64,000 bases of DNA from Octopus vulgaris (Eukaryota). Below, piece by piece: positions 26,705-39,402 of this stretch (position 1 is the first letter of the stretch; every line of letters starts with the position of its first letter). A program made the position numbers and the translations under genes. The DNA lies in contig OX597826.1 of the NCBI GenBank assembly GCA_951406725.2, positions 71,486,001 through 71,550,000 of the forward strand, read 5' to 3'. The notes under the pieces were generated by a model, which was not told the origin of the DNA, ran no database searches, and saw only the letters and a program-made list of their open reading frames with translations.

Positions 26705-26710
<6 letters not shown>
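25986..26710. mobile_element. Inverted pair of diverged pLTR-like arms, each with a hammerhead motif
   Basis: Arms about 25986-26310 and 26385-26710. Motifs at 26094-26150 (-) and 26510-26604 (+). Confidence 0.75.
26094..26150 (-). ncRNA. Type I hammerhead ribozyme motif
   Basis: GCA-CTGAGGA-GAACAGTAATG cgtaatttaa TATTACTGTTC-GAA-ACGATCGT-A-TGC. 11-bp stem II, palindromic stem III, GUA site. Confidence 0.8.
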
Positions 26711-26766
<56 letters not shown>

Positions 26767-26771
26767 GTATG

Positions 26772-26851
<80 letters not shown>

Positions 26852-26923
26852 AATATATAAAAATGTATATATTTATATATATGTATATATACGTATATAT
26901 ATATGCATATATATGTGTGTGTG

Positions 26924-26956
<33 letters not shown>

Positions 26957-27155
26957 TATATATAAATATATAAAAATGTATATATTTATATATATGTATA
27001 TATACGTATATATATATGCATATATATGTGTGTGTGTTTATATATATATGTATGTATATATATATATGTGTATATATATGTATATATATATATATATGTA
27101 TATATATATGTATATATATATACATATATGTATGTATGTATGTATGTATGTATAT

Positions 27156-27684
27156 GGTGCGTCAGTTTCTTTGAGGTCATTTGTATGAATTTTAAAAAAA
27201 AAGTCGTATAACTTATCAAAGAAAAGTTGTATTTGAAAAGAAATTAGTAGAGATAATCTTGAGAAGCCTTTTATCACAGCTATTCAACGAATCCATTGTA
27301 GCATCAACAGCTGCTTCAATACGGGACTGGAAGCCCTGACATGCCCGAATCATTTGGTTATGGAGGACTTGAGAGACTATGGTGTATGGTGTTGATTGAC
27401 CTCTTTCTCTCGACCACGCCTCATGCATAAAAGTCCAGTGGATTGAGATCTGGTGAGCTACGAGGCTTTGTATCTGGAAGAACATGACCATAGGAATTGA
27501 CACGCATCCATGCTTGGGTTGTGGGACAATGCAGAGTTTAACTTGAAGGCGTACGGTCTTCCGTTGCATACTCTCTTTATCCAGGGCCTCACAATTTTCT
27601 CCAGCACTTCGTTGACAGCAATATAAAAAAAAAGTTAGAAATTAGAACTCTTGAAAGAGGTGCCTTCAAAAAATTGATGCACCC

Positions 27685-27685
<1 letters not shown>
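27156..27685 (-). mobile_element. Tc1/mariner internal-deletion derivative
   Basis: TIRs ggtgcgtcagtttctttgagg / ccttcaaaaaattgatgcacc within (TA)n. Minus strand encodes SPDLNPLDFY.. and IRACQGFQSRIEAAVDA. Confidence 0.75.
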
Positions 27686-27717
<32 letters not shown>

Positions 27718-28416
27718 ATACATAGATACACACAAGCACACACACACATTCCCACTCCCACATACGTATTTAAACAATGGTCTTGTATTTACAAAACCAG
27801 AATGTTCGACTACTTGTGTGGGAATACACAAAAGGGAGCGAAGGACTCCGCGTGGGTGGCATAGCATTAAAGCTGACCATATAACGCCCAAATACTCTAC
27901 GTTTTAGTTGAAACTATCCTCCCAAACTAATCCTACTATGTCATTCTCTAGAATAAACAATTACATCATCGAAATCTCAAAGCTGTGTGAAAATGCTTGA
28001 CTAATTCAAAACAATTTGAATTTTAAAAAAAAGCATTATCTTTGAATGAGTAATGTCAATGCTAAAGAGTTGAATTAAGAAAGGGAAATGAAAAAATCGT
28101 CAAGAAGCAAGTCATTCTGAAATGGTTGTTGACTGGCGTTGTTTCCCTGCACTTTCCGTTGAGTTGCAAATGAGCAGGCCTTTTATCTTCCACTTATTTC
28201 AGTCATTGGACTGCGGCCATGCTGGAGCACCACCTTGAAATGTTCATTCGAACAAATCGACCCCAGTACTTACTTTTTTTTTTGTTCAAGCCTGGTACTT
28301 ATTCTAATGGTCACTTTTGTCGAACCGCTAAGTAACAGGGACATAAACAAACCAACACGTGTTGCCAATCAGAGGTGGAGGACAAACATAACATAAATAC
28401 AAAGCCAGACTCCTAG

Positions 28417-28456
<40 letters not shown>

Positions 28457-28728
28457 TAACTGGACAAGCTATACCTGGGCCCTCAACTTTACACACTATC
28501 CAAAAAATAGCCTATATGGCACAGCCCACATCCCACGTAGGACACTATCAATTCAATGATACAACCCAAACAACACAATCCACAAACACAAGGCACACTC
28601 TATTCAGTAAATCTCCAATAAAATAAACAACCACCACAACATGTACTCTACAGGTTGGATACCCAACGAAAGATCACTTTGAAGGGTGCAGTTCGATTTT
28701 TACAGTGTTTTTTTTTTTTAAATCTATA

Positions 28729-29833
28729 ATGAAAGTGATAAAGGAGCATGTTCGGCATATTTTGCTTTATGAGTTCAATAAAGGCAACAACGCAACGGAA
28801 AGTGCAAGGAATACTAATGCAGTGTATGGGGATCGGATAATAAGCGTAGGCCAGTGTCAATGGTGGTTCCAGAAATTCCGAGCCGGAAACTACAGCCTAG
28901 AAGACGAACCTCGTCCTGGAAGATCTGTAGAGCTCGACTAGGACGTCCTGCAAACCCTGATGGAACAGAACCCCATCGTAACTGTTGGGGAGCTAGCAGT
29001 GAAACTTGAATTTGGTCATTCAACCATTCATCGACACCTGAATGCCATCGGAAAAGTGAGCAAATTGGGTCAATAGGTTCCTCACAAACATTCTGTGTGC
29101 AATCGCGCGCAGAGAGTGAATGTGTGCTCTTCTTTGCTGTCACTTCACATGAATAAACCTTTTTTTTTTTTTTGGACTGAATAGTGACTGGTGATGAGAA
29201 ACGGGTTCTCTATAAAAATGTCAAGCGCCGAAAATTGTGGGTAGGAAAAGGAGAAACACCGGCTCCCCAGGTTAAAGAAGGTATTCACTCACGTAAGGTG
29301 TTGTTATCTTTTTGGTAGGATATGAAAGGTTTAGTCCGCTTTGAACTCTTTAAACCCAAACCAAACGATAACAAAGATCTACTGCGAGCAGCTTCAACGG
29401 CTTAAGTCAGCGCTGGAAGAAAAACAACCATCTTTGGTTTCAAGACGAAAGGTGTTCTTCCATCAGGATAATGCTCGGTCACATAGAGCGAGGATGACAT
29501 TCCAAAGGCTGGAGCAGTTTGAATGGGAAACGATGCCCCGCCCACCATATTCGCTAGACATTGTCCCATTTGATTGTCATTTATTCTGTAGTCTTCAAAA
29601 TCATTTGGGCGGAAAAAATATGAATTCTGTAGACGAGGTCAGAAGAGGACTGGAGGAGTATTTTTCGTCACAGACAAGTGGATTTTGGAAAAGGGGCCTT
29701 ACAAGTCTACCAGGTAGATGGAAGAGTATTGTATAAAATGAAGGAGAGTATATTTTAGATTAAAAAAGAACTTTATATTAATTTTGAAAAATGAAGGTAT
29801 AAAAAAAAACGCATTATTTATGGGATGATCCAA
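28729..29833 (+). mobile_element. mariner (DD34D) pseudogene with 3' TIR
   Basis: MKVIKEHVRHILLYEF..LEDEPRPGR, IVTGDEK, FHQDNAR, PPYSLDIVPFD. Stops and frameshifts. 3' end ..tttatgggatgatccaa-TA. Confidence 0.9.
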
Positions 29834-29837
29834 TATA

Positions 29838-29912
<75 letters not shown>

Positions 29913-30023
29913 CATGTGTGTGTGTGTTGTGTACATCTGAATTATATATATATATAGTAATATATATATATATTGATATATATATATATATATATATAGA
30001 TAGATACATACATACATACATAC

Positions 30024-30071
<48 letters not shown>

Positions 30072-30074
<3 letters not shown>

Positions 30075-30275
30075 GGAGACATGTGTGCGTCTGTACAAGT
30101 ATGTACATAACTTGAGTAGTAGTAAATATTTTTATGCGTAGACAGAAGCTACCAACAACAGTGTGTAATAACAGAATATGCCATGAAGAATTCACAAGTG
30201 TATGGCCATCGAGGTTGTTCTTTTACCTCCCCATCGCCAATTGTTATCAAAATGCGTGCGCGCAACGAAACTGTG

Positions 30276-30345
<70 letters not shown>

Positions 30346-30480
30346 GGCCACACACTCGTGAATTCTTTATGGCATATTCTGTAATTACACACTGTTGTTG
30401 GGAGCTTACTTATTTACGCATAAAAATATTTTCTACTACTCAAATTATGTACATACTTGTACAGACGCACACATGTTTCC

Positions 30481-30483
<3 letters not shown>
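30072..30483. repeat. Inverted repeat (arms of about 140 bp) around a (TA)n tract; MITE or PLE remnant
   Basis: 30072-30209 is the reverse complement of 30343-30483. Confidence 0.75.
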
Positions 30484-30536
<53 letters not shown>

Positions 30537-30789
30537 AAAAATGGAAGTTGAAAATGCACTGAGAATAGTTGAGACATTTTTTTAAAGTATTTCAACTATT
30601 CCCAGTGCATTTTCAAACTTCTATTTTTTCTACATTTCTACAAGTGTGGGATAAAATAATTGTGTGTGTGTGTGCGTTTATTTAATACATACATCCATCC
30701 ATGCATGTGTGTGCGTGTGTGCGTCTGTGTGTGTGTGCGTGTGTGTGTGTGTGTGTGTGAAAATTTTATAATTATGAGCATAATTATAA

Positions 30790-31160
30790 TTAGGGTTCAG
30801 CAAAATTTGCTTCACCACATACCGAAATTTAGAAATAGCAGTTAAACTACTATTCTACTACCATAAAATATTTCCCAGACAACAATACTCTACAACTCAC
30901 GCAAGTAAAAAGAAAAAAATAACGAATCCACCAGGCTTTTATTAACTACATACGCGTTTCGGGGTTAAAGAGATGTAAATCTTATTTCTATTCACTTATT
31001 CCCTTCCTCAGTGCAATATTTCAAGTTTTAAAGTTGAGAGCACTGATAATTAAAAAATTTTTGTATAAGTTCACCGATAATGGTTCTTTTAATATACCGA
31101 ACTACTTGGTAAAATTGTTAATTATTAATTGATTAATTAATTTTACTCTTTATTATTATT
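30790..31160 (-). mobile_element. pLTR-like remnant with long-loop hammerhead motif at 30946-31016
   Basis: Shares gctt.acc.cataccgaaa..tagaaatagcagt with the 617-bp repeat. Minus strand: TTGCA-CTGAGGA-AGGG..CCCC-GAA-ACGCGT-A-TGTAG. Confidence 0.65.
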
Positions 31161-31172
31161 GATATATATATA

Positions 31173-31683
31173 CTAGCAGTATCGTCCGGCGTTGCTCGGG
31201 TTTGTAAGGGAAATAACTATATAAGCATTTTTAGAGAGTTACTTTCCTTATAGATGCCAATTCGGGCTTTCTTAGCCATTTCTGTTTTGGTGTCTTCAAG
31301 CCATGAAGTCGTTGTTCTAAAAGAACGTTGGTCTCCTTGACAACGCTTTACGACGTTGATTTCCTTACACTCCCTTCCCCACAGCGTCACGAGGGAGGGT
31401 AGAAGGGGGAGAAGCAAACAGGTGCAGGTGTGACCATGGACGCCAACTCCGCCGCCATCGACACACGAAAAATTATGCATTAAAATGGAATAAAAAATTA
31501 TGTTAAATTATTTTTAAAATCGTAGACTCATCGTACGCGCGCTAATACTCAGACGGGCTCGATATGAATCACGACTATAAGATACCCGAATTTGGTTAAA
31601 CTGCACTGCAAAATGTGGGAGTAGTTAGGAATCTAAATCGAAGGGGACAGACACTCACACAACTACAGTTTTATATATATAGA
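31173..31683 (-). mobile_element. Non-autonomous Helitron
   Basis: Minus strand begins TC(tatatatataaaactg) and ends with a CCCG-agcaacgc-CGG hairpin followed by CTAG. Confidence 0.85.
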
Positions 31684-31996
31684 TATATATCTTATTATTT
31701 ACTTTCTCAGTCATTAGACTGCGGCCATGCTAGGGCACCGCCTTGAAGAATTTTTAGTCGAATGGATCAACTTCAGTAGTTATTCATTCTATCGGTTTCT
31801 TTTGCCGAACTGCAAAGTTACGAGAACGTAAACACACCGGTTGTCATGCGGTAATGGGGGGGGGAAGCACAGACACAAAAACACAAACACACACAAATAC
31901 ACACACACACATATACGCATAAATATATAAATGTATATAAGTATAAATTGTCTGTGGTGGTGTACAAAGATATTATTTATTAAGAAAAAGGGAGGC

Positions 31997-32129
31997 AGTC
32001 AGAATTTTGGATAATCTGGCAATACCGCTTTCGTTCGTTCACAAACTCGTCAAAACAAAATCAAGAATTTTGTCTTGAATTCGTAAACGAACTAAAGCGC
32101 TAATAACGGATTATCCAAAATTCTGACTC
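31997..32129. repeat. Diverged palindrome of about 130 bp
   Basis: agtcagaattttggataatc .. gattatccaaaattctgact. Confidence 0.7.
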
Positions 32130-32140
32130 CTTCGTTTCTC

Positions 32141-32193
<53 letters not shown>

Positions 32194-32228
32194 CTATCTC
32201 TCTCTCTCTATCTATCTATCTCTGTCTC

Positions 32229-32328
32229 NNNNNNNNNNNNNNNNNNNNNNNNNNNNNNNNNNNNNNNNNNNNNNNNNNNNNNNNNNNNNNNNNNNNNNNN
32301 NNNNNNNNNNNNNNNNNNNNNNNNNNNN
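32229..32328. other. Assembly gap (100 N)
   Basis: Run of n. Confidence 1.
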
Positions 32329-32479
32329 CACCATCCCCACCACTTCCATCTCTATTCCCTGCCACCATTTCTCTTTCAATATTTGGATTCCACTGAAATG
32401 TAATTTGGTTGTCAATCACAGATGTTACTATTGTCCTCTGGAAACTGAAACAGTAGCAAAGTTGAGGATATACGTTGCA

Positions 32480-32825
32480 CTCCATCGGTTACAACGACAA
32501 GGGTTCCTGTTGATCTGATCAACGGAACAGCCTGCTCGTGAAATCAATGTGCAAGTGGCTGAGCGCTCCACAGACACATGTACTCTTAACATAGTTCTCG
32601 ATGAGATTCAGCATGGCCCTTTGAAATACAGGTACAGCAGAAACAGGAAGAAAGCGCGAGGGAAAGTTGTGGTGGAAGAGTGCAGCAGGGTTTGCCACCC
32701 TGCCAGAGCCTCGTGGAGCTTTAGGTGTTTTCACTCAATAAACACTCACAACGCCCACTCTGGGAATTGAAACAACAATCCTACGACCTCAAGTCTGCTG
32801 CACTAACCACTGGGCCATTGTGTCT
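32480..32825 (-). mobile_element. SINE family C, diverged
   Basis: Homologous to 4038-4419. Confidence 0.8.
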
Positions 32826-33011
32826 CAATACACACACACATTTATATATAGATATATATTTCGTTTTTGGATTAGGTTTGCAAGATTCTTTATGTGAGTT
32901 TGTGTGTTGAAGCATATTCTGTTGCGTCTGGGGAGAGTCATTTTCTTTTTGTACCTTATAATTTAACACATTCACTGTTAAGATTTCCACTTATTTCTTA
33001 TTTTTATTTTC

Positions 33012-33048
33012 CTAAAATTTTCGTTGCGTCTTGCAACCTTTTCAATAG
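33012..33048 (-). ncRNA. Minimal hammerhead-like motif (U3-A8 variant)
   Basis: Minus strand: CTA-TTGAAAA-G-GTTGC aagac GCAAC-GAA-AATT-T-TAG. Confidence 0.55.
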
Positions 33049-33588
33049 TCTTCACTCTGTCCGTTATTTACACTGCGTTCCTTTTTGTTTGTTTGTGCAC
33101 ATGTGTGTGGGTCAGTGTGTTTGTGTGTGTGTGCCTATGCATTCATGCATGTATGTATGTATGTATGTATGCATGTTTGTGTATGTATATATGTGTGTAT
33201 ATGCATATGTATATATGTATGTATGTGTGTGCATGTCTGTGTGTGTGTGTGTGTGTTTTGCAACCATGTACCATGTTTGTATGTATGGATGGACATCTCT
33301 ATATTTGTGGACATGCGTCTCCATGTGTCCTTGTGTTGCATAAAGTGTGTGTGTATATATGGTCATGCATTTCAGTCTCCATTTGCGTATGTGTGCTTGT
33401 CTGTTCATATAACGTATGTACCTATCCGTCAGTATGTTGATTTGTTTATCTTCATATCCATATGCTTACATACATGTGCATATACACATATATACCCACA
33501 CACACACACATATATATATCTATCTACATAACAGCCCACTAACTCTTCTACTCTACCTGTGTAAACTGTATATATATATATATATACA

Positions 33589-33665
<77 letters not shown>

Positions 33666-33667
33666 GT

Positions 33668-33970
33668 GGAGGCGCAATGGCCCAGTGGTTAGGGCAGCGG
33701 ACTCGCGGTCGTAGGGTCGCGGTTTCGATTCCCATACCGGGCGTTGTGAGTGTTTATTGAGCGAAAACACCTTAAAGCTGCACGAGGCTCCGGAAGGGGG
33801 TGGTGATCCCTGCTGTACTCTTTCACCACTCTTTCTCTCACTCTTTCTTCTGTTGGCCTGCTCGCTTAGCCAGCGGGGTGGTGTCATTCAAAGGCTAAAA
33901 CAATGCGAACGCATTGTGACCAGCGATGTGTAGCAACATCTGATAGTCTGGTCGGTCACGTGATCACGTG
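33668..33970 (+). mobile_element. tRNA-derived SINE family C
   Basis: A box tggcccagtgg, B box gtttcgattcc. Inserted in (TA)n. Confidence 0.88.
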
Positions 33971-34995
33971 ATATATATATATATTTAACCATAGTTAACA
34001 GTTCCGTCCATTGAGGTAGTGGTTCCGATCAAGGGGCCCCTTCACTTCTATTTAGAAAAATCCTTCCATGGACTCCTGAGAGAATTCTTCTTTTATTTCT
34101 TTACAGTTTAAATCCCGTTAAGATCTGCTTTGCCTTTTTTCCTTTCAGGATCCCTAAAATAAGATATCAGTCCAGTGTAATGGGTGGGTGGAACTGGTAG
34201 AGTGTTGCACAAAATACTTTTGCAGGATTTGTTTTGGGTCTTCACATTCTAAGTTCCCAAGGCAGATGTGACGGACTTACCTACGTCTAGCCAATATTGG
34301 GTCTGCTACTCTGTACCCACCCCAACATTGCCTTTGTGGACCCCACCACCAGAGTGGGAACCACTTAACCCTACTGATGCAAACCCACCTAAAACTGCCT
34401 CAGCTTCTATGATACAAACTTCCTGTTTTAAATTAATCGAAATTAAAGCCTTCCTTGAAAATTTCATATTGATCTCTCTTCAAGGCACCAGCTTAATAAT
34501 GGTTTCAAATTTTAGCAAAAGGCCAGCAATTTCAGGGGAGGAGTAAGTTAATTTCATTGACCCCAGTGCTCAACTGGTACTTATTTTATTGGCCCCATAA
34601 ATTCCTTGATGGAATTTGAACTCAAAAGGTAAAAACAGATGAAACGCTTCTAAGCATTTTCCTCAACACCTTATACCAGTTTAATAATAACAAGATTATT
34701 TTATTAAAATATTTTATTATCTTTACAGTCAATTGAAACAAAAGTAGAGTATCTTAACAAAAATAACAAAAGGGTTGTTAGTTCTTAGTAGGTACGAGCA
34801 TAACGCACCCCACCCCCACCCCCGGTCCAATTTCTACTACACGTACGTGAGGAGATATTGATAAATCGGGTATGGCTGATCATGTGTGGCAAAACAGAGA
34901 CCACAGATATAAATAGCATATGGTAACTGGTATTAAGGAAGGATAGGAAAATATTAGATTTATAAAGCCCTAAAATTCACAACATAATTGCTTAC

Positions 34996-35047
34996 GGGCA
35001 TATGGTGTAGTGGTTAAGAGCACGGGCTTCTAACCCCAAGATTCCGA

Positions 35048-35143
<96 letters not shown>

Positions 35144-35320
35144 TAATAATAATGATAGTGATAATAATAATAACATTGGAAAAAATACCTTAGGAATGAG
35201 AACCCAGATTCGAAATTCCCCCAGGACACCTGATGAAGGCTGGAAGGTATATCAGCCGAAATGTTGTGTTAACAACAAACAAGATGAGGACAAATATCCA
35301 TCAAATGTAAATAATGTAAA
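34996..35320 (+). mobile_element. tRNA-headed, (TAA)n-containing, hammerhead-bearing non-autonomous retroelement
   Basis: gggcatatggtgtagtggttaagagcacgggcttctaacccc (tRNA-like 5' half with A box), (TAA)n at 35052-35172, hammerhead at 35225-35270. Confidence 0.7.
35225..35270 (+). ncRNA. Minimal type I hammerhead ribozyme motif
   Basis: GACAC-CTGATGA-A-GGCTG gaaggtatat CAGCC-GAA-ATGT-T-GTGTT. Confidence 0.75.
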
Positions 35321-35962
35321 TCATTTTTGCTAATAGTGGAGTCTCAAGCCCTCAACACATTTTAGCTTGGACTGGCATACTACACTGCAAATTCTCCCCA
35401 CTGACAATTCTCTAATTGGGTCCCACACATCCTAGCACCGGCCCTGTCAGTAATATATTGAGAAATGATTCAGCAGAGTCAAGTGGCTATATGAAAGATG
35501 TTTTTGCTTATTCTAAAGCAGCAGTTCTTAACTGGGATCCATATGGGCCCTGAGGGTCCACATAAGATTTTCGGGGCTCCGTGCAACAAAATAGTAGTAA
35601 ATTGAGGATCCACAATAGTATTTTAAGAGCCCCCTAAAAAGATTTTGCGTTAGATGTATGTATTGGTATGTATTGCAAGAAGCAACTCAGTTTCTTTCTC
35701 CAACATTTTACAGAGTTCAATCAACACAAGTTGATGAGTGAAAAACAAAACAGGAATTTCGAAAGAAGTTTCTATAAAACTAGTGTTTAAACATTAAATG
35801 GCTATGGGGGTCCACCAGAATAAAAAAATAATCAAAGAGGTTCATGGATAAAAAATATTCTTAGGTGAACTGTGACTGAAACAGAGGGTCATTGAACTAC
35901 AGAATATTTCATATTGAATTTTTTTTTTATCAATATGGAGGTCTAAATCCCACGATATTGAT

Positions 35963-36306
35963 GGAGTCTGAGACCCCCTTTGGTCACAACACAGACCATG
36001 GGATTGCACCTAGAAAGTTACCCTCCCAGGCACAAGTCTGGGCAAGGTTGTTTATGGAAGACCAGCAGTCGCCCAAGCATACCGGCCACCCCTCTTCACG
36101 CCACTGATGTTATCCAAGGGAAAGGCAAAGGGGTCGATACAGCTTGGCACCTGTGACGTCGCAACTCATTTCTACAGCTGAGTGAACTGGAGCAACGTGA
36201 AATAGAGTGTCTTGCTCAAGAACACAACACACAGCCCAGTCCAGGATTTGAGCTCACAACCTCACAATCGTAAACTCGACGCTCTAACCACTGAGCCATG
36301 CGCCTT
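35963..36306 (-). mobile_element. tRNA-derived SINE
   Basis: Minus-strand head ggcgcatggctcagtggttagagcgtcg.. and gtgttcttgagcaagacac core. Confidence 0.8.
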
Positions 36307-37504
36307 CATGGAGTAATTCCTAGTAATATATAAATAAGCACCATGGCAAATTTTCCTTTTCTTCTTACCTTGTGGGTTTGATGAAATAAAATACTAGTCA
36401 AGTATAGTAGTTGATGTAATTGACTGCACCCAATCCACCTCTAATTTCATGGTAATGGAACGACCCATTGAAGGCCTCAGACTAAGGAAGATCTGGTGGT
36501 GAAATAGTGAGGTTGACAGGATTATAGAATTGGAAAGACTGGAGAAATTGTAGCACCAAATAATTATACCAGATAACTAGAAGGAAAGCTAGGCTTCATA
36601 TTTACATAGCAAAGGGAGAAATAGAAAACGTTTGCCAATGTTCTAAAGGCATAAAGTGTTTCAGATTGCAAGCCAGTGTATCAGAGAAAGTCGAGACGTT
36701 GTATGCTAGAAACGTGTACTGATAGGTATTGATGCACTTGAGCTTAGTGATTGTGAAAAGATAGAGGCATGGTAGTGCTACTACGAAAGGTTCTTAATGT
36801 GGAGAATGCATGGGAGAAAGAATGTCTTTCCAATGTGAACCCAGCAGAGGGTCCAGCTGTCCTAGCTTTGCAGCAGTAAATAAATAGTGCAAATGTAATT
36901 GACTTGTCCCCTCTCCCAAAACTGCAGGCCTTGTGCCAAAATTTGAAATTAGTATGTATATCTCTTTAGACCTGGTGTTGAGGCAAATATTAAAATATTT
37001 TTAAAACCCTAAAGCTAAAAGCAAGAGTTTAAAAAATTATGATCTTATAAACAACAACTCTTCTCAGGGAATTAGACAGCAATATACTGCAGCCCATACA
37101 ATTAACTCTACTCCTCCCCTTGAATTATTATTCTCGTGTCTGGGAACAAATTCATTAGCAAATTTTCTAAATGAACTTTATTCCATAGATTATCTCCTAA
37201 TGATTTGGATTTTCACTCTTAGTGGTGGCCACTTCACTTCACTTACATCTTTTAATGCATAAACATTATAGGCCACTCTTTCACTCATTGATAATATATC
37301 AGTTATTATCATTCTGCCACTAATACTCCGACTCATACCAGCATAGAACACGAATGTGAAATGATGGTGATGGTGATAATGATGATGAAGAGGGAAGGAT
37401 GGAGGAGGAGGAGGAGGAGTTGCTTAATCTAAAGAATTTGTTTCAAGTTGCACTATTGTATTATATATTTTGTATAATATATATTTTGTATTTACTGTAC
37501 TAAT

Positions 37505-37545
37505 TGCTAATTAAATTAACTGGAATGCGTTACTTCCGCTTCCAG
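37505..37545 (+). promoter_or_regulatory. Putative branch point and 3' splice acceptor upstream of the GT31 coding exon
   Basis: tgctaat at 37505 and tacttccgcttccAG ending at 37545, after an AT-rich intron-like tract. Confidence 0.6.
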
Positions 37546-37653
37546 GTTACACTCAAAGATGTGGAATTACTGCTTTATATAAACTGGACACTAACAACCA
37601 ATTGAAGGAAAGGTAACCAATTCTTTACCTGCACTGCATGATATTCTTCAATC

Positions 37654-38862
37654 ATGGCAAATGCTTTATGGATTTTTAAATTATTATTGTTGCTCGGACT
37701 TTCAGTGCTACTATACACAGTATTTCTATTGGTTCCTAGACCAAGCGTCTCACAAAAACTCCACAAATTCAAAGAAGACTTCGTTTCTGTATACAAAAGT
37801 AGACTTCAACAGAAAATACCAGAAGTGGAAGTATTACCAATTCCAACAGAACATAATGTTTTCTCTCAGAGTTTTATTGAACCTAAAACAAACCCAGTTA
37901 AGGAAAATTTGCCAAAAGAGCATCTTGATCAGTGGTTAAGACGTTTCCATCCACAACCTACAGACAAATTTGACCATTCAAAACATAAGCATTTCCAAAA
38001 AACACTTATTTCTAATGACAGTCTGTGTCGTAATTCAGCTGTTGATATCTTGGTATATATTCAGAGTTCTCCAGAGAACCATGCACGACGTCAAGCAATC
38101 CGTGAGAGTTGGGGAAATGGGGCGGTTTTTCTAGATATATATATGAAACTTGTGTTTGTGGTTGGTAAATCAACCAATAAGGAAAGCCAACACAAAATAA
38201 AAGCAAGCATTACTTACGAAAGTATACAATACAAAGATATTCTTATGCTTGACATTGTGGACACCTTCCAAAACATAACTTTGAAAAGTATAAATGCTCT
38301 TCACTGGATTTACAATATTTGCCCACAGGCAAAATACATTCTCAAGACAGATGATGATATTTATGTAAACATTTTTCAACTTATCGAGTATTTTATGCCT
38401 CAAGTGTGGAATAAAGAAAAAGCAATAATTTGCCATTATAAAACTGAAGGAACAAGTCCAATTGTTCGGGCCTCAAATAGTAAATGGTATATTCCTAACA
38501 ACGTCTTTGTTGGAAAGCAATATTATCCTTTTGGTTTCTGCACTGGTTATGCCATTCTCTTCACATCAAATCTTCTCCCAGAAATGTACCACATGTCTCT
38601 CAGAGTGCCTTACATTGGAATCGACGATGTCTATGCTTTCGGTCTGTTGCTAAAAGACATAAAAAATATTACTGTTATCAATGCACAACGCAACTTTACT
38701 CTTAACCAAAATGCTGCTCTTTCTGAATACGAAGGTTCGAAACCAATATCACACGTTGTGGCAAGTGCCTGGGCCCAAAACAGTATGAGCCGCTTCTGGT
38801 ACGCTACCATCCGCAAACTTTCTAATTGGGGAAAATTACATTGTAAATTGAGCACCAAATAA
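37654..38862 (+). CDS. Beta-1,3-galactosyltransferase-like protein (GT31, type II Golgi membrane), 402 aa
   Basis: N-terminal TM (LLLLLGLSVLLYTVFLLV). Motifs RRQAIRESWG, DTFQNITLKS, CPQAKYILKTDDD (DxD), SKWY, YP-FCTGYA, IDDVY. Uninterrupted ORF. Confidence 0.93.
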   Translation: MANALWIFKLLLLLGLSVLLYTVFLLVPRPSVSQKLHKFKEDFVSVYKSRLQQKIPEVEVLPIPTEHNVFSQSFIEPKTNPVKENLPKEHLDQWLRRFHPQPTDKFDHSKHKHFQKTLISNDSLCRNSAVDILVYIQSSPENHARRQAIRESWGNGAVFLDIYMKLVFVVGKSTNKESQHKIKASITYESIQYKDILMLDIVDTFQNITLKSINALHWIYNICPQAKYILKTDDDIYVNIFQLIEYFMPQVWNKEKAIICHYKTEGTSPIVRASNSKWYIPNNVFVGKQYYPFGFCTGYAILFTSNLLPEMYHMSLRVPYIGIDDVYAFGLLLKDIKNITVINAQRNFTLNQNAALSEYEGSKPISHVVASAWAQNSMSRFWYATIRKLSNWGKLHCKLSTK

Positions 38863-39402
38863 AAAAAAACAGCATAATTGAGTGAGTGTAGTATATGTGT
38901 GTGTGTGTGTATATTTGTCATATATAATGTGTTATTTGTTCTTCTTTTTGCTAACTTTTCCACATTCAAAAAAAAAAAATAAAATATACAGAAAGAGAAA
39001 GAAAATATTTTTAGTGAAAACAAAAATCTCTCTTTAATTTTCTTTGTGACACCAGTTTCAAATTTGAGGCCGTTCTCTAAAGGACTTTAAGGATTCTGGT
39101 TATGCTCAGCTCATGAGTATGTTTCTGTAAAGTTCTATACATTTCAAGGATTAAAAAAAAATTTGAACATTTTAATTTTATATTTTGTTTTCATTTTTAT
39201 TTTATTTTTTTCTGCAAAGAGTGCTGGAATTTAAAACTTGTTACCATCATCATCATCGTCATTGACATTTAATGTCTGCTTTCTATGCTGGCAAGAGTTG
39301 GCTGGTTTAACAGGAACTGGCAAGGCCAAGCACTGCACCATGTTCTTTAGTCAGTTTTGGCTTGGTTTCTATGGTTGGATGTCCTTCCTAACACCAGCTA
39401 CC

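Noticed and set aside
33668-33745. tRNA-like sequences here and at other SINE heads
   Set aside because: They continue into SINE bodies, lack a clean acceptor stem, and recur as dispersed repeats.
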